A DNA stretch of 64,000 nucleotides from Octopus bimaculoides (Eukaryota): assembly GCF_001194135.2 (NCBI RefSeq), contig NC_068995.1, positions 43,497,445 through 43,561,444 of the forward strand, written 5' to 3'. Both the position numbers and the translations under genes were made by a program. A model generated the notes under the pieces. It saw only the letters and a list, made by a program, of their open reading frames with translations, did no database searches and was not told where the DNA came from. This document shows positions 24,405 to 36,480 of this stretch, piece after piece. Within the stretch, counting starts at the first letter, position 1. Each line of letters starts with the position of its first letter.

Positions 24405-24990
24405 AATTCTTTGTACTATAGGCACAAAGCGTGATCTTTTGGAGGAGAAGTGTGTTGATTACCTCGACTCCAGTATACAACTGGTAATTATCTCTTTGAT
24501 CCTGAAAGAATGAAAAGCATAGTGGACTACTACTGCTAATCATAACAATTGTATCTCATTTAGAAGGGTAGTGAATTAATGCATTTCCCTCCTCACTTCT
24601 TTACTTGGCCATGTGTTGTAATTGAGTGACTACGAAATGGACAAAAGGAAAACTTGATATCGACGGAATTGAACTGGAAACGATGGGCGTCGAAAGAAAT
24701 GTTGGCTGGTAAATGTTCCGGTGCTGTAATGATTCTGCCAGTCCGCCACTTTTAATAATAACCCTAATTTAGGAAGAAAGTCAGTATTTTGAGAGGATGG
24801 TGTAAAGAGATTATATTTACCTTAGGACTTGACTGGTACACCGGTGCTTCATTTTATCAGCCCAGATAACGACGAAAAGCAAAATTGACGTCAACAGAAT
24901 TTGAGCTCAGACCGAAAAGATTCGGAGAGGATGTTGCAATGTTTTTTCTCTATCTGACACGTTAACAACTCTTTCAGCTCGATACGTTAA
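24405..24990 (-). mobile_element. Three older, diverged SINE family A copies (~24405-24530, ~24590-24750, ~24760-24990)
   Basis: Recurring AAAAGCAAA..TGAC.TCAACAGAATTTGAGCTCAGA and GATTCTGCCAG.CCGCC motifs with heavier divergence. Confidence 0.65.
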
Positions 24991-25961
24991 GTAATATTCG
25001 CAATTGTAACGATAATAAATAATATTACGTATATCGAAATGTTCGGATAGGCAATGTTGGAAATGTTGAGATAAACATCATAGAAACGTTACGAGAGAAT
25101 AAAGGAAAAAAAATATTGAATGGATATCTTCTCTCGATGATAACAGTATAATTATGAAAACGGGATACTGAAAATAACAGATAAACTTTTTTTATGAGTT
25201 GCGATGGATGAACTACCAATAAATAGGAAATCCTCCAAAAAACGTATAAAATACTTTCATCAGAAGCAAAATACGAACATCGGAAAACAATTGAAAGGGA
25301 ATATCAGGCACACATACTCAAAACGTTATATATAACTTGAAATTGAAACAATGGTATAATAAAATCTTTCGGCAGCTTCGTACATGTTATTTAGTTCCAA
25401 ATTCCTACTGAACATATTGATTCATCCAACAATGTAAAATTACAATTTATAACATATTTGTCGTAAGTTTTCAGAAGTCTTCATGTATGTTTTTCCTTTA
25501 AATGAAGAACGAATAATCAGCTTAGACACTTGGAATATTTCGAAGAGATTAAAGTAACAACAGTAATGAATGGAAACTGCAAAAATCTATTTTTGTATCA
25601 AGCTTCCTTGGCAACCTCATTCACACGAAGATTAGAAGAGAATAAAACAATAATATATTAGTGAAGATACATAACTATGAGACGCGGATAATTAAGAAGA
25701 CGAAGAAGCAATTCTTACAATCTCGCTAATATAGGAAGATTATATAAAATCAACCAAACAAACAAACGATTCAAAATAGTCAAGATGTCGATAGATAGTT
25801 CTTAACTGCACTTCTGTAAAGTCAAAATAAACCTTGAAGAGAACAATGGAAATCACATAGTAATCGTCGTGATAACACAAACAGTGGATAGCATAATGCT
25901 AAACGCAACAAACAGGAGTGGTTTTTAAGCATATACGTATATGAGCATATATATGTATGTA

Positions 25962-26017
<56 letters not shown>

Positions 26018-26198
26018 NNNNNNNNNNNNNNNNNNNNNNNNNNNNNNNNNNNNNNNNNNNNNNNNNNNNNNNNNNNNNNNNNNNNNNNNNNNNNNNNNTA
26101 TATGTATATATGCATGTATGTATATATACATACATATATACATATATACGTATGTATACATATACATACATATATATATGCTTACATATATAAATATG

Positions 26199-26242
<44 letters not shown>

Positions 26243-26278
26243 CCTATATCTATACACATATATCTATACATGTATGTA

Positions 26279-26368
26279 TATTTATATATTTACATACACA
26301 TGCATACAGGCATATTTATATATTTACATACACATGCATACAGGCATATTTATATATTTACATACACA
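26279..26368. repeat. 34 bp minisatellite, ~2.7 copies
   Basis: TATTTATATATTTACATACACATGCATACAGGCA repeated. Confidence 0.85.
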
Positions 26369-26857
26369 CGCACACACAGAGACAAAGAAGAACATCTGAT
26401 ATGAGTTTTAAAATATCTTATAATGGTAAACAGCAGATTGAAGAATTTGATGTAAAACTTGCAGCTGCTACGCATGCCCGGCTACACATGACTATTAACA
26501 CAATACCTTTATGTTGCAACAGAATACAAAATATACAAGAAATACCAGAATGCATTAAGACCAGACAAGATTATAATACAATACGGAGAAAAAATTATGA
26601 TAATTTTCTGACGCTCACGCTGTCTTCTAGAAACAGGTGTGGTTATCTGGTTTATAAGTTTGCTTGCCAACTGTACCGTGATATAATTAGCAAATACCAT
26701 CAATACACTCGGGATGAGCTTTTCCGTATAAGTGAATAGGGTGAACGGAAGGCACACCACACACACACAAACACACGCATACATATACATATATATATTG
26801 ATATCTATACGTAGGAAGGTTTGCGTAATGGATGCATTTCCTGTTGTATATTACTTA

Positions 26858-27088
26858 ATTCTTTATTGCCCACAAGGGAATAAACATAGAGGGGGAAAAT
26901 AGGACAGACAAAGGGACTAAGTCGATTATATCGACCCCAGTGCGTAACTGGTACTTATTTAATCGAGCCTGAAAGGATGAAAGGCAAAGTCGACCTCGGT
27001 GGAATTTGAACTCAGAACGTAACGACAGACGGAATACCGGTAAGCATTTCGTCCGGCCTGTTAAGGAGTCTGTCAGCTCACCGCCATC
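26858..27088 (-). mobile_element. SINE family A variant with a different, AATAAA-containing 3' tail
   Basis: Body AAGTCGATTATATCGACCCCAGTGCGTAACTGG...GGCAAAGTCGACCTCGGTGGAATTTGAACTCAGAACGT...CAGCTCACCGCC; minus-strand tail CCCTTTGTCTGTCC...CCCTTGTGGGCAATAAAG. Confidence 0.9.
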
Positions 27089-27526
27089 TTTTGATCTGTA
27101 TTACAGCCACTTTCTTATGATCCTAATCTCTGAAATTATTAGATGCAAACGCAAAGCAAGCACAATTATTAAAAGTTATTCGCACGTCATCAGTTTGGCG
27201 TAACTGCTGCTTTGCTAATTAGCATATATAATCATGAGTTAATGCTTTATAGATCTTCTAAATTATACCCAATGATAACGTTGGCCCTAAGGTATAGAAT
27301 TTATATTTTCATGTCATGCAATACATAGAAGTAATTGGCCATATAGACGTGTATTGTCTTGATTTAAATAGGTGTGTATTCATATTGTTTCCAACAATAC
27401 CGTTGATTACGCTTGTCTTTAATTATATCCGATGTGGTTTGTACTTATTTAGATATAATCTAATTTTAAATACTATATGTATATGTATAGGTTTACATAC
27501 AAAGATACGTATACATATACACAATA

Positions 27527-27559
<33 letters not shown>

Positions 27560-30531
27560 NNNNNNNNNNNNNNNNNNNNNNNNNNNNNNNNNNNNNNNNN
27601 NNNNNNNNNNNNNNNNNNNNNNNNNNNNNNNNNNNNNNNNNNNNNNNNNNNNNNNNNNNNNNNNNNNNNNNNNNNNNNNNNNNNNNNNNNNNNNNNNNNN
27701 NNNNNNNNNNNNNNNNNNNNNNNNNNNNNNNNNNNNNNNNNNNNNNNNNNNNNNNNNNNNNNNNNNNNNNNNNNNNNNNNNNNNNNNNNNNNNNNNNNNN
27801 NNNNNNNNNNNNNNNNNNNNNNNNNNNNNNNNNNNNNNNNNNNNNNNNNNNNNNNNNNNNNNNNNNNNNNNNNNNNNNNNNNNNNNNNNNNNNNNNNNNN
27901 NNNNNNNNNNNNNNNNNNNNNNNNNNNNNNNNNNNNNNNNNNNNNNNNNNNNNNNNNNNNNNNNNNNNNNNNNNNNNNNNNNNNNNNNNNNNNNNNNNNN
28001 NNNNNNNNNNNNNNNNNNNNNNNNNNNNNNNNNNNNNNNNNNNNNNNNNNNNNNNNNNNNNNNNNNNNNNNNNNNNNNNNNNNNNNNNNNNNNNNNNNNN
28101 NNNNNNNNNNNNNNNNNNNNNNNNNNNNNNNNNNNNNNNNNNNNNNNNNNNNNNNNNNNNNNNNNNNNNNNNNNNNNNNNNNNNNNNNNNNNNNNNNNNN
28201 NNNNNNNNNNNNNNNNNNNNNNNNNNNNNNNNNNNNNNNNNNNNNNNNNNNNNNNNNNNNNNNNNNNNNNNNNNNNNNNNNNNNNNNNNNNNNNNNNNTA
28301 TATATATATGTATGTATGTATATATCATACATATGTGTGTGTGTGTGTATGTATATGTATATGTATATGATGTGTAGTTATTGTTTACAAGTAAATGCAG
28401 AAAGTGATTATACAGCATCTTCAGAAATCATAACATTGTATTTGGGATATATACCTTCTATCAATATATATGTTACATTTCAAAAGATAAGTTTTTTTTT
28501 TTATTTTTGTTCTGCTTCTTCCTCAGGTTCCCCTCACTTATATTATTGTTAAATCGATTATTAAATTATCTTCTATTCGCTCAGTTGCAATATTTCACTA
28601 GCAAATCTTCAATTTGCACAGATAAATTACACTCAAGTTCTTAATCTTCGAGAAACAAATTAGTCGTTTGAAGAACACCAGTTGGCATTCCAATTACTTA
28701 TATCGGTATATTTTTTAGCACACATGCACGAGTTTATAATTAAATACGTCATTTCCACTGCCAGAAATTATCTGCGGAGGCATTTCGTTTTTGTTTCTTT
28801 GTTATTATCCTTCCACCCTCACACGCTAATGTGTTCAATGAAATATTAAATGCGATTGTATCTCTCCGCCTTTAAAGAGGAAATCAGTTCGTTTAATATA
28901 TTGCAATATATCTTATGAATTATCTTACAAAATATCTCACATCATTCCTACTTTCTTTAGTGCACCAGGTATTAGAAATGTATTAGTCATTGTTCAGAAT
29001 ATATTTGTAATTAGAGTTCTATGACTGTTTTTGGATTTGGATGTTACTGTCTTTGACATACTGATTTAAAATTTACAGGGAAACTGTTAAGTTTATATGA
29101 ATTTGTAACGTATTTTGCTTCCGCATTACAAGAACACAAGTGCAGATTACACGGACAGCTTGAGTATCATCTGTGTATATATATATATATATATNNNNNN
29201 NNNNNNNNNNNNNNNNNNNNNNNNNNNNNNNNNNNNNNNNNNNNNNNNNNNNNNNNNNNNNNNNNNNNNNNNNNNNNNNNNNNNNNNNNNNNNNNNNNNN
29301 NNNNNNNNNNNNNNNNNNNNNNNNNNNNNNNNNNNNNNNNNNNNNNNNNNNNNNNNNNNNNNNNNNNNNNNNNNNNNNNNNNNNNNNNNNNNNNNNNNNN
29401 NNNNNNNNNNNNNNNNNNNNNNNNNNNNNNNNNNNNNNNNNNNNNNNNNNNNNNNNNNNNNNNNNNNNNNNNNNNNNNNNNNNNNNNNNNNNNNNNNNNN
29501 NNNNNNNNNNNNNNNNNNNNNNNNNNNNNNNNNNNNNNNNNNNNNNNNNNNNNNNNNNNNNNNNNNNNNNNNNNNNNNNNNNNNNNNNNNNNNNNNNNNN
29601 NNNNNNNNNNNNNNNNNNNNNNNNNNNNNNNNNNNNNNNNNNNNNNNNNNNNNNNNNNNNNNNNNNNNNNNNNNNNNNNNNNNNNNNNNNNNNNNNNNNN
29701 NNNNNNNNNNNNNNNNNNNNNNNNNNNNNNNNNNNNNNNNNNNNNNNNNNNNNNNNNNNNNNNNNNNNNNNNNNNNNNNNNNNNNNNNNNNNNNNNNNNN
29801 NNNNNNNNNNNNNNNNNNNNNNNNNNNNNNNNNNNNNNNNNNNNNNNNNNNNNNNNNNNNNNNNNNNNNNNNNNNNNNNNNNNNNNNNNNNNNNNNNNNN
29901 NNNNNNNNNNNNNNNNNNNNNNNNNNNNNNNNNNNNATATATATATATATATATACGTGTACATATATATATGTGTTGATTGAAGGCTATTATTTTAAAG
30001 CAATTTTATGATTAATTACGAAGCATTTCTTACGAGGTGTATGCATAATTAGAGTAGAGCCGAATGTGCTGTATATTCCCAGGCCACACGGAGCATGTAT
30101 GTGTGCATGCATGGATCCATGTATGTTTGTATGTATGTATGTATGTATGTATGTATGTATGTATGTATGTATGTATGCATGGATATATGTATATATGTAT
30201 ATATGCTTGCATGTGTGCGTTTGTGCGTGAATATACGTACGTGTTTGTGCGTGTTTGGTTATTATTATGGTATGCTTAAAATTAAGTATTTCGTGGTTTG
30301 CTGGAAACCATATATAGCACTGCCGCTGCGAAACATACTTTATCTAATAATCTAAATAATGTTTAATATTTATAATCTCATCCATATTCATGAGAAAAAA
30401 CCCTTTAAACAAGTAAAACAAACAGGAATTTAAAATAATCAATATTATAGTTCTGCTTGTCACTCGGTTAGTTAGTGCGTACATTACACCCCGTTATGCA
30501 GTTATGACTAAAAATTGGTATTCTTATTTTT

Positions 30532-30752
30532 AAGACGACGTCATGGCAGAATAATTAGCAGTCGGACAAAATGATTCTCGTCATTCCTTTTGTGTTTACG
30601 TTCAGTATTCAAATTCCACCGAGGGTGTCTTTGCCATTCATCCCTTTCGGGATTGTATAAAGCAAGTACCAGTTGAATACTGAGATCGATGTATTCGACG
30701 AACAGCCTCCCACCAAATTTTCTGGCCTTCTTCCTTCAGAAGAAAGGATTAT
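30532..30752 (+). mobile_element. SINE family A, diverged
   Basis: GACGACGTCATGGCAGAATAATTAGC...TATTCAAATTCCACCGAGG...AAGTACCAGTTGAATACTG...GAAAGGATTATT. Confidence 0.85.
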
Positions 30753-30889
30753 TTCTATATTAGTTTAAATTAATTAGATAAATAATGTTAAATTAATCAT
30801 GGGTATTGAATCTATTCTTCAGACTTGTGGTGATAACGACTTCAGACTTGCGGTATGATTGAATCTTTTTAGGCATGGTCAAAACATGA

Positions 30890-31120
30890 ATGACTTCCGG
30901 TCTGATTACCTACTGTATTATCATTGTCCACATCCATTCGTGTTTTTTCTTAGGCCTACAGACAAATCAACATACAGACATGTCTAGTGTTATAAATCAA
31001 GCGTGCACAGGAGACAAACAAGAAAACACCTTCCTTGCTCCAGTTACAACAGAGAGAAAGAAAGAAACACAAATTAGGAGAAGAAAGATGGCCGATAGTC
31101 ACGTGAGAGCCACGTGAGCA
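30890..31120 (-). promoter_or_regulatory. Candidate promoter / first exon (two E-boxes, YY1-like site, ETS site, short ATG exon)
   Basis: GTCACGTGAGAGCCACGTGA at ~31098-31117, AAGATGGCC at ~31085, ACTTCCGG at ~30893; minus-strand ATG at 30937 gives MDVDNDNTV then AG|GTAATC or CA|GTAGGT donor-like sites. Motif co-occurrence only. Confidence 0.3.
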
Positions 31121-31299
31121 AGGCAGGAGGAATGAAGGTGAGAGAGTGACAGAGTAATAGGAAGGAATAGTGGGAGAAGAGGAGGTAAAAGAATAAGAGA
31201 GAGAAAGAGAGAAAAACGAAAGAGTAAAAAGATCGTATAGAGTGCGCATCAGAATTATCAAGATAAAACTTACTTGGAAGAGGATGCGTGGCGTTCAAT

Positions 31300-31510
31300 C
31301 ATATAATAATATAAATAATATATATATATATATGCATATATAATAATATAAATAATATATATATATATATGCATATATAATAATATAAATAATATATATA
31401 TATGCATATATAACAATATAAATAATATATATATATGCATATATAATAATATAAATGATATATATATGCATATATAATAAAATAAATAATATATATATAT
31501 GCATATATGC
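31300..31510. repeat. AT-rich ~33-37 bp minisatellite, ~6 copies
   Basis: Unit (AT)nGCATATATAATAATATAAATAAT. Confidence 0.9.
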
Positions 31511-32784
31511 ATGCGATAATAAAACAAGGTTTATCTTTGATTTAAACTTAACTCCGACTCCACCAAGTAAAAAGTTTCTATAATGGAATTCAATATTTCT
31601 CGTCTCCCTAAAAGAAGAAAAAACGTTTATCTTGTAATGGAATTAGTGCAACTAAGAAGAAAAATTCAAAGCTGGAAATCTAACATTTTGTTAACAACCA
31701 ACGCAGATTCACAGAACTGACCATCAAAATGAGAAAGACAATCTGATGGTATACATCCTAGATCCTGCAGCTATAAATTCGATATTTAACAGAAATTTCA
31801 CGAAAGTATTCTCAGCTGATACCAAGCAGTGATTTGTTATCAAATAATTTCACTAAAATTATAAAAGAACTTTGTCCAGTATTTTCTTGACAAAATTTTA
31901 GAAAGGATCCTGAATTTGTTTCGAAACTTCTGACTGGGGGTTGGAAATATCGAAAGGAAAAACTATTACGAACAAAAATCAATTTTCTTTACCTGTAGAA
32001 AGAAATTGACCCGAATCTCTTATATATTTTCGCATCGATCAAAATGTTCTGACATCATCGCCATAGAAAACTGAAAACATCAAAGGAAAGGATGAGAAGA
32101 GATTGCCTGTAGTGTACAAGAATATGGAAGGTGGAAATTTTGAAATGTTGGGATTATATTACACCAGCCAGAACGATGAACTAATAATTCTCCACAATGA
32201 ACGTATGATTGCATAATACGAAAAAATGAAGAAATTCTACAAACTGTCTCTTTACCTTCATACCCAATCAATTAGGCATCATCTACTAATATCACAGCAT
32301 GATTTAATTACAAGACAATTATTCTCGAAGCATTCATGATTAAATATTAATTACTCACGTATAAAAATTTCGATTATTTGAGTAGACGCTAGCTAAATAA
32401 ACCATTTGATTTTAGCACAAATGATTTGCTTTACAAATGAGAGATCTTGGAGGTGAAACATTTTGATACCTATAGTTGGTTCTGTGTACGTTGATATAGT
32501 TTTGTTGTTTTATATATTAATATATATATAAGTATCATTTTCAAGAAAGCTATACTGAAATATATGTATATGTTCCAAACACATATAGGCTTCCTGAAAA
32601 ATGCAACTTTAGTAACATTTCTGAATGCCCCATCCCGGTGTTCATCTGGTACTTATCTTATCCATACCTGTATGGTAAAATGTTCAAAGTGACTGAAACC
32701 AGAAGACAAATAACACAATGTATTTTTCACGGGACGCTTAAGAAATTTATCATTCACCCAGCTATTGAGACATATATCTATATA

Positions 32785-32872
32785 TTCTTTTATTCTTTTA
32801 CATATTTTAGTGATTTGACTGCGGCCATGCTGGAGCACCACCTTTAGTCGAACAAATCAACCCCCAGGACTA
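32785..32872 (-). mobile_element. SINE family B 3' tail fragment
   Basis: TTCTTTTAC...TTTGACTGCGGCCATGCTGGAGCACCACCTTTAGTCGAACAAATCAACCCCCAGGACT. Confidence 0.85.
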
Positions 32873-33855
32873 GAGCAAAATATGTAAGGTCAAAAATGGA
32901 AGAGTCAGGCGAAAAATTGAATTTGTATCACAATATCTCAGTTATTTCAAAAGAAAAATATAGATTTAAAATAAATCAATTTAGGATAATGTGCTCATTG
33001 AGAGGAATAGTTTGGTGAAAACTGCGTGAAAAAGTATTGGCTAACAAACAATAAAGGCTTTAAGTGACGATAGAATTGTAACCAACCCACAAAATAGATT
33101 TGAATCTCGAAATATCTCAGTTAATATTGGAGAAAACTATACTATAGATGTGTTCGAATGAAAGAGCCCTATGAGATGAATCTTATGGGGGAATTCTCAT
33201 CAAAAAATATTATCGTCTACATTTCACTCATAACATTGTAGCCAACTCGGCTAAACACTCAGCGATGGTTGCAAACGGTGTTCTTGAAGAAGATCGAACT
33301 GGGAACAACAATGTTGAGATGCGAATTCTGTAACCACAAGGGTTTATCTGCGCTCACTGACTTAGAATATCGTTACTCTGATGTTTTGAAACAATCATGT
33401 TATATTACCAATACTAGTAAGAAAAATAAAATATAAAATCGATACATCACCTGGTCATTTTCATTGTTTAGAGGAGTTAATTACTTCTGTAACAGAAAGG
33501 TTTGATCTCTTAGCTATTACACATAGAAACTTTGAAGGTTAAGGAGTAAGATGTATTTCAATGAGATTTACTTTATATTTATTTATAAGTGGAGAAGAGA
33601 TTCAATGAAGAATGATGGAGGAGAAAATAATGGAATGGTATTGGGCTTTGGGAAAACATGCAACTATTACTCTATAACGTCAATGAAATATCGAGTTCTT
33701 TCTGTTTTTTTATGCAGTTATTGCGTGATATGTTTCTGTGGAATTAATTGATTTTAATAAGGTATGTTAATTACATGAACGTGTAATATTTCAACAAATG
33801 GGAATTCTCGTATTTGCATGCGAATGTGTGAATGTGAGTTTATATATTTTCATGT

Positions 33856-33898
<43 letters not shown>

Positions 33899-34174
33899 TG
33901 TGCGTGTAAGAGTGTGTGTGTAAGAGTGTGTGTGTGTGCACGTGTGTGGACGTGGGTGTATGTGTGTGTGCCCGCACGTGTGTGTGTAAGTGGGTGTGAG
34001 AGAGAGAATGATTATGTTATCAAAATAGCTGTAAGAAACATGATCAATTGAAACTTAACGAACTGAACGTATTTAATCATATCAACAACAGGAATATTAA
34101 ACCCACGTTGACAGCAACGTGGTGATGCTAATGATGATGATAATAACAACAATAATGGTAACAATAGTAGTAAT

Positions 34175-34255
34175 AATCCATTCTACTACTATGAGCAGAA
34201 GGCCTGAAATTTGGGGGGAGGGCACCAATCGATTACATCGACATTAGTGTTTTAA
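34175..34255 (-). mobile_element. SINE family A 3' fragment
   Basis: ATAATCCATTCTACT...AGGCCTGAAATTTGGGGGAGGG...ATCGATTACATCGAC. Confidence 0.75.
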
Positions 34256-34289
34256 TGGTGCTCAAAAAACCAAAAAAGGGAAGAAAGAG

Positions 34290-35455
34290 GAAGAAAAATA
34301 TAGATTCTCACCAAGAGAAGAACTTTCAGCAAAAGAAACTTAGCAACATAAAGTCCAAGCAAAATCTCAAAGTATACGAAGATTTGAGAAGAGAATCAAA
34401 TTTTACAAGCAAAATAAGCTGTTCACATCCAATGCGAAAACATTCTACAGAGAATTAGGGAAGGAGAAAATAACTGTTGAAGACCTCACTGCCATGGAAA
34501 AGTTGAAAACTTCTAGAAAAATATCTGCTGTAAAGAAGAGACTTATAATGAAAATGCAGATTGGATTAAACACAGAGAAGCCTGTCAAAACTTACCAGAA
34601 CAAGCATGGGAAAACATCAAAATGGCAAACCTAAGGATGACACTCACGTAGGCTCACGAGTGGAAATCTGGTAATGATAGAGTGCCAAATTTTTGGCTCG
34701 CCTCGCTCCCGTGCGCACACGGAAAGTTAGTCCAATTGTTCAAAGAAATTATGAGAGATCCCACGAAAACACCTGATTTGTTTTAGCAAGAGGTATTACT
34801 TACCCCCTCCCGAAAACTAATGAAACCAAAACTATCGGCCCATAATATGTCTATCTACCATGTATAAAGTTTTAACATCTATGCACGTGGAGAAAACATA
34901 CAAATTTAGGGAACACAACGATATTTTTGCTACTGAACAAAAAGGGGGCCGACGAGGCTCATATGAATGCAAAGACCAACTCTTAATCAATCGCATGATC
35001 CTTGAGAACTGTCATAACAAACGCAAGAATCTCAGTTCTGCATTGATTGATTAGAAAACGATCTTCGGCAGTATACCGCATTCATGGATCTTGAAATCGC
35101 TAGATTTCTCCTATGATTTCAAGCTTCCTAAAGCACATGTCAATGTAGAGTACTGACCATAAAAATATTAATATCAACTGCGGCATTTTCCAAGGTGACT
35201 CACTTTCACCTTTAATTTTCTTCATAGCTCTAATACCCCTTACAAGTGAATTTAACAGAACAGGATATGGATATAAAATTGGAGACAAAAAAATAAGTAA
35301 TCTATTTTATATGGATGATTTAAAACTCTATAGCAAAGAAGATGAGCTTGAAGGACTACTACGTACTGTGAAAGCATTCAGTGATGTTATTGGGATAGAA
35401 CTTGGCCTTGATAAATGTGTCAAGGTCACTTTCCAGAAATGGAAACTGAAGACCT
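34290..35455 (+). mobile_element. R4/Dong-type LINE reverse transcriptase pseudogene fragment
   Basis: KQNKLFTSNAKTFYREL...NYRPIICLSTMYKVLTS...EQKGGRRGSYECKDQLLINRMILE...GIFQGDSLSPLIFFIALIPL...LFYMDDLKLYSK (YMDD at 35308-35319)...GLDKC; frameshifts and stops present. Confidence 0.93.
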
Positions 35456-35462
35456 CGCCTTA

Positions 35463-35465
35463 CAC

Positions 35466-35530
<65 letters not shown>

Positions 35531-35740
35531 ACCTTTTATTATAGGCATAAGGCGTGAAATGTTTTGGGAGGGGGATAGTCGATTAAATGGAACCCAGTGC
35601 TCAACTGGTATTTATTTCATCGATCCTACAAGATTGAAAGGCAAAGTCGACCTCAGCGGAATTTGAACTCAGAATGTAAAGACAGACATTGAAGAAAATT
35701 CAGCAAAAGAGATTTGTACATTGCGCAACGACTCACCGCC
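35463..35740 (-). mobile_element. SINE family A with (GTA)n tail (35463-35530)
   Basis: GGCATAAGGCGTGAAATG...GAAAGGCAAAGTCGACCTCAGCGGAATTTGAACTCAGAATGTAAAGACAGAC...CTCACCGCC. Confidence 0.85.
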
Positions 35741-36169
35741 AATTGTAACTCAACTACTTTGATCTAATTTTCAAGACACTCAGGTTTGTCAACCGAATGT
35801 CGCACAGATCATCGTGTAAACATTAAACCTTTTCTTCTCCAGAAGATCAGCATCCAAACACCACACGGAATCATGTGGCTTTATAACCGAACACCTTTGC
35901 CTGAAATCAGACAACGCACTAGTTGTAATTCATAAAGGTTCTTCTGCGGTACCGTTAATACATCGCATCACTTCTACATGAACACACCAAACACCATTCT
36001 CTCCCTTTAATGAAAGACTACGCGTCTTGATGAGATCTGATGCGTTATCTTTAGAAATGGTCCACCATCATTTTCACCGCTGGCAGAGTCGTAGCGATGC
36101 TTTTTACGATCATCTTCTGTATTCTACTGCCCAACTTCTGTTAACTTTAGTCGGATATGTATGTGTTTA

Positions 36170-36480
36170 TGCTTTCATTCTTTTGCGTGTTACTGTCAAT
36201 AGACTGCGCTCATGCAGGGACATCACCTTGAAGGTGTTATTTATACCATCTGGGTATTTTGTCGAACCGCTAAGCAATGGGATATTGGACAAACGAACAC
36301 CAATTTTCATGCGTTGTGAATAAACACTAAAACACACACACACACCCTCACGCACGTATATAGGACAGGCTTTCTCACAGTTTCCGTTTATCAAGTTCAT
36401 TCACAATGCATTAGACGTCACGACGGTTTTAGTAAAAGTCATCTAACGTGCCGCGCAGTGAAACTGAACCTGAAAAATAA
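36170..36480 (-). mobile_element. SINE family B, diverged
   Basis: TTCTTTTGCGTGTT...GACTGCG.TCATGC...TTTTGTCGAACCGCTAAG...(CA)n...GACAGGCTTTCTCACAGTTTCCG...GTGCCGCGCAGTGAAACTGAACC. Confidence 0.7.

Noticed and set aside
25030-25900. Possible decayed Penelope/LINE coding sequence
   Set aside because: A-rich coding-like texture but no motif I could read with confidence.
35815-35990. Strong acceptor-like CTTTTCTTCTCCAG followed by an open frame
   Set aside because: No matching strong donor and no recognisable protein; such sites occur by chance.
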